A stretch of 64,000 nt of DNA from Vicugna vicugna (lineage: Eukaryota): positions 2,852,911-2,916,910 of the forward strand of contig MU058531.1 of the NCBI GenBank assembly GCA_013265495.1, given 5' to 3'. The first letter of the stretch is position 1. Each line of letters begins with the position of its first letter. Positions 48,922-63,083 of the stretch are shown one piece after another. The translations under genes and the position numbers were made by a program. The notes under the pieces were generated by a model, which had not been told where the DNA came from, did not search any database, and saw only the letters and a list, made by a program, of their open reading frames with translations.

Positions 48922-50204
48922 CTGGAAAGCAACATGTCACACAGCAGAAATTAGATCTGATTTTCTTAAAAGAACAGACATCACTCAGCAAGATTAAAAA
49001 TTTTCTCCTACAGAGAAAAATAGCTGCAACAAGCATTGTTCTCAAAAGTGGCCAGCACTAGGGGCACTGGATCGCAGAAGTCCTTTTTGTCTTGTTTGAG
49101 AGAAACAGAAAATATGTTCTTCCCACAAAGTTTTCAAATCAACAGCAGCACCTTGAGAAATAAATCAATAAATTATGTTGGGAATTGATCATTTATTGAG
49201 GGGAAAAAAGTAGAATAAACTCCATCCAAAAAGAGTAAGAGGCAATTCAAAAACTCAGGCCGTTTCAATTTGGAAAAGGTTCTTTAGGTCAACATATAGG
49301 CCTAGTCTGACCTCTTCTGAGAAATTCAAGGAAATTGGGCATAATCAAAAATTACATGTTTAATTAACTACAAATAGTAAATTTCTGTTTTAGCAAACTT
49401 AAGAGTGAACAGAGATCAGCTGAACAGACCCAAGCAGGCAGTACCATGTGAGGTTTAACTTATTTACTTTATTTAAGCTATTTCTGAGGGGAAGTGGTCT
49501 GGGAGGCGTTACAGGGTGTTCCCAGGAAAGCAGCAAATCCTAACGAGCTCCTTGGCCTGTACAGTGTGTGCTGCCTCCTGGGGACTGGGAGAGAGGCCCG
49601 GTGCCCCAGGACCCAGCAGGGAGCAGACAGGCCAGGCAAGCCAGGTAGGATGCTGGGTTCTCCGCAAGGACAGAGGATTAACTGGACTGGTCTCCATGAA
49701 TACAGTCGCTCTAAGTCATTCTCTTAGATGCACCCAATCTCTTAATAACCGTATCTTGTAACACAATTGTGACAGAATTTCAGTTACTGGCACTTAGCCA
49801 CCCTTTGCTCAGCCATTTTTAATAGTCTGATAGCAAAGACATTTATTTGTTTATAAAATTTCACATTTTCATTGGGGATGAAAGGAGTTGGCAGGGCTGA
49901 CTGCTGACCTCTCTTTGAGAGTCTCTAGAATAAGGGGAAGACGTGGAACACTGACGAGAGACGGGATAGAGCTGAATGGGTTGAAGGCTCCATAAGGTCC
50001 ATGGGTCAGTGACCAATAGGTTGCCCTGTAAGTCTGTGTAGGTGACTTTCAGTGGATCCAGAATGAATGAAAATGAATCCACAAAGGCCTTTAAGAAGAG
50101 AGACCTATGGCAGGGACCACTGGTCACTATTCAGAGTATAATTTTAATACATCTCAACCTGCAGATAACTGATGGCCCTGGGGCAGGAGCAAATCAGTAC
50201 ATAC

Positions 50205-50331
50205 TCTGGGGGATGTCCTCTGCTCGGTAGATCTTCAGCAGGAAGGTCACCCACCGGAGGGCGATGCCAGCAGGGAGTAACAAGTTACTCTCCACGTCAT
50301 CACTGTCATTATCACGATCTTGCTTCTCAGG
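50205..50331 (-). CDS. MYOF: MYOF exon ~12 (127 nt), FerI/C2C start
   Basis: PEKQDRDNDSDDVESNLLLPAGIALRWVTFLLKIYRAEDIPQ; gtatgt donor. Confidence 0.95.
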
Positions 50332-50962
50332 CTATTGGGGACACATGATCACACATTATACACATAGAAAAGTGGTCCTTGGAAGAAGCCAAATCGATGC
50401 TTGTCAAATAAAACCCATCGGAACTCTTTTCATTAGGATTTCCTGTATTTGGGGCTTAAGAGCGGCACCAATTCAACCTGAAAGCTGCTCTACAAAGGCA
50501 ACGCTCCTATGTTTCTTTGATCACTACACTACAAGAAAATAATGTGTCCTTCTGTAATCTTATGAGCACTAAATATAGAAAGAGAGAGAGAGTTCCTGAA
50601 GCTTTTCCTAATTTCTTTCTGGCTACTGGTTTGCCATCCAGTTTTCTGGAATAACAACTGCACCTTTAGGGAGCAATGACTGATTCTGCAAGTGAGCCAC
50701 GCTCTGTAGATACGGTGATGTGGGGGAGTCTTAAAAACATACATCTTTACTGAATAAAAAATCCCACTCATAGACACCAGGAAGGAGCCTACATGAGCCA
50801 GAATAATAACACTGTAGTGAAGGAAAGGACAGCTGCTGAAACATTGGAGGGCTGGGGTTATCGACCAGAGGCTCCATTTCACAACCCCTGGCCCCCACTT
50901 GCTTAACTCTTGGTCCTCGTTTTTAGTGAAAAAATGTAAAGGGTAGAGAACTGGAAGCTCAC

Positions 50963-51078
50963 GGGAGGTTCGTCTCCGGTTCCCAGGACGAACATGCTGA
51001 CTTTCATGTAGCCTTTAGCACCCGAGCTGTCATCTTCGGGGTCATTGAGAAGAAGCCATTTTCTCATGACAGCATGAC
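50963..51078 (-). CDS. MYOF: MYOF exon ~11 (116 nt)
   Basis: [38 protein letters not shown]; gtgagc donor. Confidence 0.95.
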
Positions 51079-51546
51079 CTAAAATAAAGAAGGTGTAAAA
51101 GGACAGGGACATGCAACAGAGAAGCTGACAGGTCCATGACTTCATCTGCTATAAGATAAATAAGCATTTCCTCCAAGCATTGCCATGACGTGCAAAATTC
51201 CCCAAGTGAGACTCTATATTAATGTCCACTGCTTTGCACTGACTCCCCACCCACATCCTGCCCTGGTGTGACTCAAACAAGACACTCTAAGCTCTATTAA
51301 CTGGTTTTAAAATTTGAATTTGATAAGATGAAACTATCCTCACAAAACAGAGAAACAGCCTACTTATAAATGTTAGGGTGATTACCATTAGATTAAATAA
51401 AAGACATTCATACTAAGATACTATTATAATTCCCACCACATATCTTTTCCTCTTCTTAACCAAGAAAAAAAATTTTTTTGATTCCTTGATCCCCCCAATT
51501 TTTTCGATTCCCAGAGTCTTCAAGTTCATGGGAGGACATTACTTAC

Positions 51547-51577
51547 CAGGTTCATCATAAACGAATCCAACATCAAT
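51547..51577 (-). CDS. MYOF: MYOF exon ~10 (31 nt)
   Basis: IDVGFVYDEP(G); poly-T cccag acceptor, gtaagt donor. Confidence 0.92.
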
Positions 51578-52361
51578 CTGGGAAAAAAAAAATTTTAAGT
51601 AGTTCAAACAGATTTTAAAATTAGTTCAATCATCTCTAGAAATCATCATTATTACATTTAAAAATAAAGCTTTTGACTTGACAAATTACTTTGTGACCCA
51701 ACACTTCCATCTTAACCTCTCTGTACACCCAATGCCTTGCCTGAAGTATGATACACAGAAGGCCCCCAATCCATCATTTTGAATGAATAAGCTTGTCTAA
51801 GAGCTGGAAGGGACATGGTGACCAATGTGTCCCGGTTTGTTTAGGACTTTTCCAGGGGCACAGAAAGTATCACATTCTGTGGAACCCCTCTGTCCCAGGC
51901 AAGCCTGGACTTTGGTCACCCTACAGGAAGTCACCTATCCAATTATCCTCTTCCTTCTCCTCCAACTAACACTAATGCTAATATTAATATAACCAATTGA
52001 CTGGGCACTCCAATATGTCAAGCGCTGTGCTGGGTGCTTTCTATATTCTATCTCACCTAGTCTTCATTTTACAGATGAAGACACTGAGGACCAGAGAGGA
52101 TGACATGTGGCTAGTTCGTGGCAGATAGGGTATGCCTGACCCAGATCATCTTCTAGAACTTCTGATGTCCTACTGGCATTCCAGCCTTCAGCAAGGATCA
52201 CAGCATCAATGTCTTACAAGGATCATAGCCTCAATGCCTTACTCATAACCTTAAGATGTTACCCAGATGGGCATCCTGAGACCTGGTCAGGAATCAGATT
52301 CCTCATTATGAAAGAGCCCATCTTTGATGTAAGTTGAATGGAACACACAGTTGACACCCAC

Positions 52362-52412
52362 CTTAAATTCCCCCATCAGACAGTCTGCCCGCAAAGAATG
52401 GGAATTATAAAC
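52362..52412 (-). CDS. MYOF: MYOF exon ~9 (51 nt)
   Basis: VYNSHSLRADCLMGEFK; AG/GT flanks. Confidence 0.93.
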
Positions 52413-52502
52413 CTAGAAGAAAGAAGAGCAGTGAAAAGATTACCAGCCGGATCTGGCAGTTCAGTTAGTGACCACTCCCTTCCTACCCTGTGGTTCCCGT
52501 AC

Positions 52503-52565
52503 CCGAATGCTGATGATCTCATCCATCAATTCAGAAGGAGTCCGGTGGACATTGTAGAAAAATAA
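52503..52565 (-). CDS. MYOF: MYOF exon ~8 (63 nt)
   Basis: LFFYNVHRTPSELMDEIISIR; AG/GT flanks. Confidence 0.93.
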
Positions 52566-53209
52566 CTGTTGAAACAGAAGAGAAAAGTGTTTGAAGGTCA
52601 GCAGGGGTAGACTAGCTTTAGTGGGATCTGCTGCTACAATTTTGGGGGCCCTCATAAGAAAATACAAGGCACAAACCCAAATTAGGTTTGACCACATGGA
52701 CACACTCCAGGACCTTGCCAAAGCCCCTGGAGCTTAAGCACCATGAGATTCACAGTAAACTCTGCATGTTGGAAAAAGGCAAAAGGGTTAAGTAACAACT
52801 ATAGCGTTTACTTACCTAAATAAAATTGCTCTTTTGGGACCAGATATGTAATAGTTAACTAAAGATCTAAGGTTATTTCACATGCTTGGGGCTTGCATGA
52901 TCTGGGAACTTAAGGATAATTCTCTACCATTTTTAGCACTATCATTTCTATCCAGTGACTCTAATTTTGTTCTTTCTAAGAACGCACTTTTAAAGCCAAA
53001 TCTGCCCATTAGATTATATTGGTCCCTCAGTAGAATCAGCATGGACCACATTTTAACTCATGGTGACAGCTAAGTTTAAGAAGGTTGATTCTTGGGAAAT
53101 GAAAATTGGTTTTATAGAGGTTGTATCATAATACCAAAACTTTATGTACCAATAAATGTTGATCCTAAGTGGGAAAGACTGAGCATTTATTTAAACTGAG
53201 ACTTTTTCT

Positions 53210-53830
53210 TCCTACTTTTTACCTAGAAATATTTCAAATTTACAGAAAAAAATTGAAAGAACGGTAAATAAACACCATCTTTCACATGTGTTCACCTGTT
53301 ACATTGGCTTTTGGCTTTATCTCTCTATTTTTAACAACTATTTGGAAGAAGGTTCTGGATAACATAATGCTTTACTCCTTAAAAATACCTTTGCATGCAT
53401 CTCCTAAGAGCAAGGACATCTTTCTACAATAATCATAATACTATTATCATACCCTAGAAATTTAACATGTAACATAGTAAAATTTCAAATTTCTACAATT
53501 GTTTTGAGAAAAGTTCTTTTTAGCTTTTTTTTTAAATCTAGGATTCACTCAAGGATCTTCCATTCTATTCAGTTGTTGTATCTCTTTAGTTTCTTTTGAT
53601 CTCGAGTAATATTCCCGGCTTATTTTTGTTGTTTACTTTTGTGCAGACGAGATGCTTTGTAGAGTATCTCACAACCTGGATTTCTGTCAGTGATTCTTCA
53701 CTGTTAGATTCATGTTGACTGTTGGACAAGAAATGGCACAGGTGATGTTGATTACTTCCATTATATCACATCAGGACACACATGTCTGTCTGTCCCATTA
53801 TCGGTGATCCCAAGCTTAATCACTGGTTAA
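53210..53830 (-). mobile_element. Old L1ME-like 3' fragment
   Basis: Degenerate L1 3'UTR sequence; boundaries approximate. Confidence 0.5.
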
Positions 53831-55122
53831 GAACATGTATGTAAATTAGGGATTTTTTTAGTAAAATCTTTTTATTGATTTATGAATTGGTCTGTTTAGA
53901 GGCCCCGTTATTTGATCCTTTCCTTTTGCCAAGAGATCTAATCGCAAAAGAATTCATTAAAATGGAAAAATTCTGAGGGGGAGATTCACGCTGGGCTCCT
54001 CAGAATGTAGCTGAGTAAATATTTGTCCTGCATTATAAATGGATTGAAGGGTCCCATGCCTTAGGCATCAGGTCACCCCCTACCTCATCCTCCCTGCAAT
54101 CTAGTCTTGTCCTTCAACGTGACTCTCTCCCGGCCTTTCACAAGTCACTTCCAGTGGCCCCATCGGTGTGCACCCACCTCTTATGTTAGCTTTGACCCTA
54201 CTTATCTGCCTGCTTGCCTGTGGTTCACCTATGGAGAAGTTAGAAGGTGAGAAGATGGGGCGTCTGAAAAGCTGGGGGGCAGCTGGAACAAAGGGAAAGA
54301 AACAGGAGCACCATACAGGGGAAACCGGTTCCTTTTGTGAATAGAGGTCAGAAAAAAGAACCAAGGCCAGAGCCAGGGCTGGGATTACAAGCTGTAGGAA
54401 ACTAAGAGGACCTGGGAGAAGAAACTACGGCAGGAAAGGGCTGGGCTCAGAGAACAGAGCCTGAGCCCAGAGGAATCTCAGAAATGCGTCTCCTCAGCAG
54501 AGTAAGGTTGGACTCTGAAAAATTCCCCAAACTTACCATTTCTCCTCATAGCTCTAATTGTGGAGTTTCCTGATAGTGAAGATGACTATCAAGGTACTCA
54601 GTATTTTTGAAGAACGTTGCAGAAGAGGGCAACAGAACACGCTATATTCTCAGTATTGGGGGGAACCCCTTTTGGTTCATAACTGCTTTCCTTTAACTTA
54701 TATGATTTTTATAGCCAAGTAGGTTTTGACGCCTTTAAAAAGTCAGTGACTTAGTCACACGAGTCATCCCTCAGAGACATCTGCTAATTACAAAGAGCAA
54801 AGGCAGGTGTAAGCTCTTGGTGTGCTCCATCGTAAGGGATGCGAGGACCGCTTAGGAAGGGCTCCTTCCAGAAGTTGTTGCAAAACCACCAGAAAGATAC
54901 CAACAGCTCTGGAAACCAAGGACGAAGCAGGCCGTGTGGCTTCAAGACTCAGTGGTTCTTAGTGAGTCATGTTTACCGCTGGTACCTTGTATTGTGTGTA
55001 CAATTAAGTGTGCACATTGTTCCCCTCCCACATGGGACAGGGGAAGGCGAGTGGACCCAAGAATTGATGTATAAATTTATATGCATATAAACAGAACAGA
55101 CTCAGAGCAGGACACACATTTA

Positions 55123-55338
<216 letters not shown>

Positions 55339-55906
55339 TTATCCACCAGAAAAGACCACTGAAACCAGGCCAGGGCAGCTCTGCAATGCAGTGGGTGCTC
55401 TCGGACTGGGAGCGACCATCTGTGCTCACTCTCACGGTGGGAACTGGAGTGGGGATGCAAAAACCAAGAGCAGTAGTGGGGTTGCAATAGTCCAGGGCTG
55501 GCTCAGGAAAGGGCAGGGCTGGGCAGGGGCCATTGCTCAGACCCCAGCCTCCCGCCTGGTCTTCCTGAGCCCCAGGAGCTACGAACTCACTCCGTAGCCT
55601 ATCTCCCAAAGAAGGAGCCAGAGCTGTGAAAAACGCAATACCTAAACTTCTGTTCTTTGATTAGCGCTCTCCTACCACCAAAGTGGATTTTATTTCTCTG
55701 AAGTGCCTCATCTGGACTGACTACATTCACTGCTGCATGCAGAAGAAAGGTGGGAGCTCTTCTTGCTGGGTTTATGCCCTGACATCCCTTTGTGCTAGCT
55801 GAGCCATCGCCCACAGGCAGAGGCTCTTCCCCACAACACCACATTTGCTAGAAGTTGGATGATTTGGTGGCACCACAGGGATGCGGGGCGCCCAGGCTGT
55901 TCCTAC

Positions 55907-56073
55907 CTGGAAGTCCTGTGGCTTGTTGGACAGCATCCGCCGGCTGCTCTTCCCTTTCGTGAGCCTCCGGGCAAGGTGAGCTTCTGACACTGTCCCTCCC
56001 CGGCCCTTGGGCACAGGGACCCTGACTGTACCGTCCAACCCATCCTCGTCTCCGCCATCTTCCTCCTCTTCTC
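55907..56073 (-). CDS. MYOF: MYOF exon ~6 (167 nt)
   Basis: Encodes EEEEDGGDEDGLDGTVR...LARRLTKGKSSRRMLSNKPQDFQ; ttttag acceptor, gtagga donor. Confidence 0.93.
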
Positions 56074-56241
56074 CTAAAACACCAAAAAGGGATCCAGTCA
56101 GAGATGGCTCTCACCCTGGACGTGTCAGAACACGCTGGTTTCCTGGACACCAGGAGTTTTCGGTGTTCCTGAGGCAGCAGGTGAAGGAGATGCTTATTGG
56201 TAATGCTGACTTGGGACAAGCTGTGATTCAGATACAGACTC

Positions 56242-56529
56242 TTTTTTTTAAATTGAAGTGAAGTTGATTTACAATGTTGTGCTAGTTTCTGGTGTGCAGC
56301 ACAGTGATTCAGTTATACATATATACATTCCCCTTTATACTCTTTATCATTATAGGTTATTACAAGATAGCTCCCTGTGCTGAACAATAAGACCTTGCTG
56401 TTTCTACATCTTATGTAAAGTAGTTAGCATCTGCAAATCCCAGACTCCTAATTTATCCCTTTCCTTCCTCCCCACCCCCCACCCCGGTAACCACAAGTTT
56501 GTTTTCTATGTCTGTGAGTCTGTTTCTGT
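56242..56529 (-). mobile_element. L1 3'UTR fragment (complete 3' terminus)
   Basis: Homologous to 19790-19950 of the long L1 and extends ~100 nt further to a poly(A) tail. Confidence 0.8.
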
Positions 56530-57544
56530 GGCCTGAACGAGTGTCCTGATGCACATGAACACATTTTTCTAAAGAATCTATATATGACCATCATTTAAAA
56601 GTCACTCATCAGGCTGTGTTCAAGGTGATGGGGAGAACGCAGAGGCCACTGGGAGAGCGAGAAGAGGAGCCGGTGCAAACAGATCCAGCCTAAGATCACT
56701 CAGTTCTAATCTGGAAACCCAGCCTGAGGTCAGGGGCCTTTCTGCAGTGAGGACACTGAGATGGGGAAATGCCGTGGAAAACTGGAGCCCTGCAGAGGGG
56801 ACAACTCTACCCTTCCTGCTGCAGGTCTTTTCTCTAGACTTTTACTCACGAGGTTCTGCACTGACCCCTTTCTGCTGGAGGCTCCTGATCATAAATGCCC
56901 TCTCCACCCTCACGGCAGATGAGAAACTCACCTCCAATTTTCTCACCAAGCAGCCCAAGGTGGTCAGCATACTCTCCCTTCGTTCTCCTAGCTGTCACTT
57001 CCACACACATCTGTCCCCTCATTTATCCCCCAATCTTCCCTTCAGGCTCCGGAGGAAAATATGTTTCCTGCTTAGTAGAGTGAACCCCATTCCCATGCCT
57101 GAGACTGTACTTCCTTCTGATTCTTTGGGGACCCCTCCAAGTGACCCCCCTTCTCAAGTACCTCCAATGGCTCCTTCCCCACAAGGACCTTCTCTCTGCC
57201 TTCAAATATGCATGGATCTCTCTCTCCTAAAAAAACAAAAATCATCTCTGCCTTCTATATCTCCCCTTTTAGTCACAAACTCTTGAAAACTCACTGACAA
57301 ACGTCAGCTTTTCTTTTTCTCATAGACAAAAAATTTGAACTTCCAGTAATCTGTACAATATAATTTAAGAGATTAGAAGACTAACCACCTTGTCCAAAAA
57401 AATACCAGCATTTGCACTCCCACCCTTTGGATTCTGAAACTTCTCCATTACAAGGCAAAGGAGTCTCGGGTAGGAGACAATTTCCATCTGGAGTAATCAG
57501 TCAGTCACTCACATTATAGTATGAATTAGTTCCATCACAGTGTC

Positions 57545-57760
57545 AGCTGTTAAAACTTGGACTCTGGTTTCATGCTGCCTGGGTTCAAATCTCAGGTTCA
57601 AGCTATGTGAGTCTGAGCATGTCTCTTAATTTCTGTTTCAGTTTCCTCATTTATAAAAAAGGAGAAATAATAGTATCTATCACAAGGTTATGGTAAAGAC
57701 AAATTAACCTATATGCAAAGTCTTTAACACAGTTCTGACAGAAAGCAGTACCAAATTTTT
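57545..57760 (+). mobile_element. MIR SINE
   Basis: ctgcctgggttcaaatc...cagtttcctcatttataaaa core. Confidence 0.7.
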
Positions 57761-59044
57761 TTTGGTTTTTTTTGTTTGTTTGTTTGTTTTTAGTTTTGTT
57801 GAGAAGTCAGAACACTAGAGAGCAGTAATGGGGTAATGTGGGGCAGTCAGTGGGCAGCACGGGAGTCGGGGCACAGAGGGAGGAAGTGAAAGGTCCCTCC
57901 AAGGTATTACTTCAGAGGTTAGCCCAGGGGAGCCCTCCTCCTCACCACCCCTCCATTCATGCTCAGCCCACCCAAGCCTGGCTCCTGTTCTGCGAAGGTC
58001 AACCATGATCTCTTCTTGCTAAGCTCAGGGCCCTTTTCTGAATCCTCATGTTCCACCTTCCATGGCATAGGACACCGGGGCCCACACAGACTTCTTTGAA
58101 TTGTGCAGCTCTCCTCCTGGCACTCTGACTAAATCTTTTCAGGGTCTTCTGAGGTCCCCCTCTTTGTCTCCTATTCACGAGGGTGACTTCCCACTCTATT
58201 CCTCAGCCCTTTGCTCCTCTGACCCAACTTTCTCTGGATCCAAACTTCACAGTCTTTCAAGAAGTCTTAGACCCACAGAATGTCAGACTAGATGGGACCT
58301 TAGAGATCTTCAGTCCAACCTGACCCTCCCCCCATTTTCAGGTAGAAAAACTGAGGTCCAGAGGATTTGGCAACTTGTTAGGTGATTAGGAGCGAAGCTG
58401 AAACCAGGACCAAGTCTTTGCCTGACCTCGCTGGTTTAAGACTAGATCTAGAACCAGGCTGCAGCTGAAGGAGATGCTGTCCTCTTCATTCCTCTACATC
58501 TTTGTCAGGACACAGGGAAACCCCATAGAAGCCAAAGGTGGAGAATAGCTACCTCTGTCCTCTGCACGATAATCTGGGTCTCTTCTTCCCTATTCTTAAA
58601 GAGGCTTCAAAAGGGGCTCGCCTGCTGCCCATCGTCGGGCACCTGGATCTGAGCTCTCAGGATGTCCTTCCCCCTCTTCTCCACCAGGTGGGCTCCTCAC
58701 TCCCTCAAGTTCCAGAGGAAACACACGTCTTGGTAAGTCCCTCCCCACCTCTCCCAGAGTGAGTCCCCCTTCTCGGTCTACCACACATGGTTCTGTCCAG
58801 TCCTCACCACCTAGTCCTGCAACTGTTGTTAACCTGTAGGTAACCTTCAGAACGGTGGTGTGAGGCTTGCCCTTTTCATCTTTGTACCTGCCCCATGCCT
58901 GACATAAATCCTAGTACATAGCAGGGGCTTGATGAATGCGGAGTGAGGAAAAGAACAAGGGCACCCTCACGCCTGCTCCAGCCTTCTCAGGTTCTCCAGC
59001 AGTTTGGCAAAACCCCCGCACAGCTCTCAGGAGAGAGCACCCAG

Positions 59045-59058
59045 ACGCCAGGGGGCGC
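59045..59058 (+). promoter_or_regulatory. Candidate CTCF site
   Basis: ACGCCAGGGGGCGC, one mismatch to the core consensus, in a locally GC-rich patch; motif only. Confidence 0.45.
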
Positions 59059-59761
59059 TCCTCCCAGCCCCGGCACCAGCCTCAGGGAAGCAGGGAGGGT
59101 CAGGCTCCCCTTGCTCAAACCTGTTCCGGACTAGGCAATGGCTGGGAGGCATGGCTTTAAGCCTCTTCCAACAATGAAAATGAACTTCCTTGGACCATCC
59201 TGGGCCCAAATGGGATTTCCTCCCTGCTGTGAATTATTCCACTTGCGGTTGGTGGTTGTTTATGGCAGAAGAAGGAGTAGATCATATCCCTGCAGAGCTG
59301 GGCTCTGAACAAGCCCTCACTGAGTTCTTGAATAAAAGATCCAGAGAAAGACTGCAGGTAGCAAAAAACCAATTGCTTTTGGAAACACCTTGTTAGTCAG
59401 ACTTTAGGCTGAAAGGATGGATTGGAGGAAACCAGCCTGAGTCATGCTTACCATCAGCATCGCTGCGTAGCAGCAGAAGTATATTTAAGCAGGAAATCAC
59501 CCCTTTATGTGGCAGGAAGCTGTAAAGGATTAAACAATGCTAACACTCTAAGTGTTCCACAAAGAACGATGGGAGCCCTTAGGGCACTGCCGAACACGCC
59601 CTTCTGCACAAGCTGTTCCATCACCCAGCTTTAGCAGTTGTCCCATAATGAGACCCAGGCAAGCGCTGGAGCCACAGCCGAGCAGATCCACAAAGAATGA
59701 CTGTTTCATGACCACAGAGGGCAGTAAGTTAGGAACTGCTGACTGAATAGGAAGCTGCTGG

Positions 59762-60208
59762 TCATATTTGCTTCCTGGGGCTGTTGTAACAAAGTGCCAC
59801 ACCTGAGTGGCTTAAAACAGCAGGAATTTATTCCCTATCAGTTCCAAGTCCCTGAATTCAAAAATCAAGGTGTTGGCAGGGCCATGCTCCCTTGGAAGCC
59901 TCGAGGGAAAAATCCTTCCTTGCCTTTTACTAGCAGGTGGCTCCTGGCAATCCTTGGTGTTCCTTGGCTTGGGCTGTGCCACTCCAATCTGCCTCTGTGT
60001 CACATGGCCTTCTCCCCTGCATGTCCCTATGTCCTCACCTATTCTCATAAGGACGTCAGTCATTGGATTTAGGGCCAGTCCTACTCCAGTATGACCTCAT
60101 CTTAACAGATTACATCTACAAAGACCCTGTTTCCAAATAATGTCACACTCTGAGGTTCCACATAGATAGGAACTGGTGGCGGGGGGACACACTGCTGAAC
60201 ACACTACA
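59762..60208. mobile_element. MaLR LTR (MLT1C-like)
   Basis: gtaacaaagtgccacacctgagtggcttaaaaca...aaggtgttggcagggccatgctccct...gaccctgtttccaaataa. Confidence 0.8.
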
Positions 60209-62809
60209 ATGGCCATCTTTCCGGTCTTTCCAGTTTGCTCCATCATCACACCAGCTGCCCCATTCTTCCACTTTCTCTGCCCCCCACTTCCTTGCTGGCG
60301 TTGCTCTTCTCTTGACCTGTTAGGTTCTGTGATCTAACACTGCAGTCGCTTCTCTTCGTGCCTCTCAGTACCCCCTTCCCCTCACCTCCTCGTACTCACC
60401 TGTTCCATTCGACGCTCCACTTACTACACCCCTTCACCCAGGTAACTGAACATGAACACACACTACTGACTAGGGTCACTTTAATTTCATGATCTCCAAC
60501 CTTCAGTGGACTCACAGGGTTGCCCAGCCATCCTACCATCTTTCCTCTTCTTCCAAGTTCTCCTAATTTGAGATGCCACTGCTTTGAGATGCCACTGACT
60601 AGCCAACAAGGTCAAATCCTTTTACTTTCCTGAACTCCCACCTGTTTTGCACCTTGAAAGCTTCCAACACCCTGTCTACCCTTCTCATCATCAGCTAATG
60701 ATCTTCCTTCTTATTTCACTGAGGAAATAGGCAATCAGGGTGGCTAAGGCCCCCCTGGCCAGCAGGCCCCTTTATCCAAACACTCCTCATGCCTCTTAAC
60801 TTTTCCACCTAAGCACTAATTGAACCACCATCCTATGTAATTCTCTTCCATTCCTTGATAGACAGTCCTTCTCCATGAATATTTTATGCTTTTTTTCTTT
60901 TTTTGGTCAATATTTACTATTTCCCCACAGTAACCTTGTTTTTACAGAGTCTTAGAATGCCCACCTCTGCCTGTGATATTAATTTTGTTTCTCATGACGA
61001 GGTCTTATTAAGTGGTAGTACTGGTTATGGCAGAATTTAATTACCTTGGGTAAAAGGTCACTGCAAAATTAGAACAAAGGGCTAGTGTGATATCATCAGT
61101 GTAAGTTAAAAAGTACAAAGCAGAACAGGAGAGAGTACGTTTCTAAGCATGAAAACATTTTGGAGATAACATGATGATTTAGCTGGAATGATGAATAATT
61201 CCTCTGCCGGGTTTCTAACATGCTAAAAGTTACATAAAGAAATGTCTGTTTTCAACCATGAGCAATTCATTCCCCTCCATTCTGATTTCTGGGTAAATAG
61301 CATTATATGGGCCCTAAGAATCTTCTGTAATGGTTCCAATAGATAGATGAAAGTAAAGGTACCATGGAAGAGCCTGTAACCAAACACTGATGCAAAAACA
61401 AGCTTGCAGGGAAATTCTGGCAGCATCTGCCTTTGATTGACTGAAGCCGTGAGCCAATCTAGGAAACACTGTCCAAAGAGCTCTGTCTGAATCCAGACAA
61501 GATAATGTTCACCAAGTAAAACACTCCACTCCACGGCTTCTCAACGTGAACTCCAAAATCAGCCTCCATCAGAACCTCCTGGCGGTCTTTGTGAACCATA
61601 CAGATGGGGGTTCTCCTTCACATCGGCTGGATTAGGCCCTCTGGAGGGACGTGCTGGAAATCTGCACATTTAAGGATTTCCGTTGATGATTTTTTTACTG
61701 TGTCTGAAGTTTCAGAACCACTTGTTTATCATGATCACTTTAATTTTCCTAAATATCCTAGGGGGAAAAAATGGCCCAATACAATCAGTTTGCTGGACAA
61801 AGCCAATTAGGGACCCAACTGTGGAAACACTGCCTGCAGTGATGTTCTAGCACATTGGGCATGTTCCAGTGCAGCTCTGAACAGGATAGTCTGTTGTTCA
61901 GAAAACTTTCCATGGATCCTCAAGGTCTGCTCATCAAGGACAAGTGTCTTGGTCGGGGACTCCCAGCCCTCAGGAACATGCCTCCCTTTTATTACTCCTC
62001 TGAATGAATCAGGCACTTTGGTCTATTCAGTAGTGTTCACCAAAATGCCCTTCTTAAACAAAAATGCAAACCATATCCATGGCCCATCCATCATTTAATC
62101 ATTCATTCACTCAGTCAGCCAAGCATTTATTGGTTTTCCAAGTGCTGAGCTTGGCAGTCAGGTTACACAGTTGAAACGTACTGCTGAAGAAGTACTTTCT
62201 CTAAGAAACTGTACATTCCTCATGTAATAATTAGATTAGTCTTCTCTTGGGGAATTTAGTATATTCAGCTCTAAGTTACAGCTATTCACGTTTATATCTT
62301 TCATGCAGAAATAAATTTCTACTGAAATACAAGCTCCTTGGTGGCAAACAATGCCTTTCTCAGCTCTGCATGCCCCACAGACAGGTGTCAATAAATGTTT
62401 TCTGACCTGGATTGAACTGAATTTCAAGTAAATTGACTTTGGTGTTTGTGGAATGAAATAAATTTGATGCGGCCAAGTCTGGCTATAAATGATTTTCTTG
62501 CACTTCTAGCATTGGACAAAGTAGCAATTTTAACAGATGGTTCTTCAAAAATAGATGTGAGGTTTTTTAAATAGTTTATTCCAGCCGTGGAGCTAACTGA
62601 CATCTGGTGAATAAAGCGGCCAAAGTAACAGGTTTTCAGGAGGGCAAGCCTGTGTCTGGGTCAGCTACCCCTGTCATGGGAAGAGTCTCAGACGTGGGCC
62701 AGTGAATGGGGTTCCTTTGCCAGCACACATCTTCAGTCAAGGCACCAATGCTTCAGGGTCTGTAACCTTTGTCATTTTGATGTAAGAGCTCCAGGAAAGC
62801 ATTCCTTAA

Positions 62810-63052
62810 AAATGAACCCCTTAGACACCACACCAAAGACATGATCCATGAAAGAAATCATTGATAAACTGGACTTCATTAAAGCTAAATACTTCTGCTC
62901 CGTGAAAGAGAATGACAAGACAAGCCACAGGCTGAGAGAAAATGTTTGCAAGAGACACATGTGACAAAGGACTGTTATCTGTTTTCTCAATTATTATTCT
63001 AAAGCCTCATCTGAATACTTCTGATGTTAAATGTACTTTATAGGGACCAAAA

Positions 63053-63083
<31 letters not shown>

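Noticed and set aside
56747..57286. 179-aa proline/serine-rich plus-strand ORF
   Set aside because: Non-ATG start in pyrimidine-rich, L2-like decayed sequence; composition explains the lack of stops.
60567..60598. 16-bp tandem duplication tttgagatgccactg
   Set aside because: Ordinary slippage duplication in decayed repeat sequence, with no insert between the copies.
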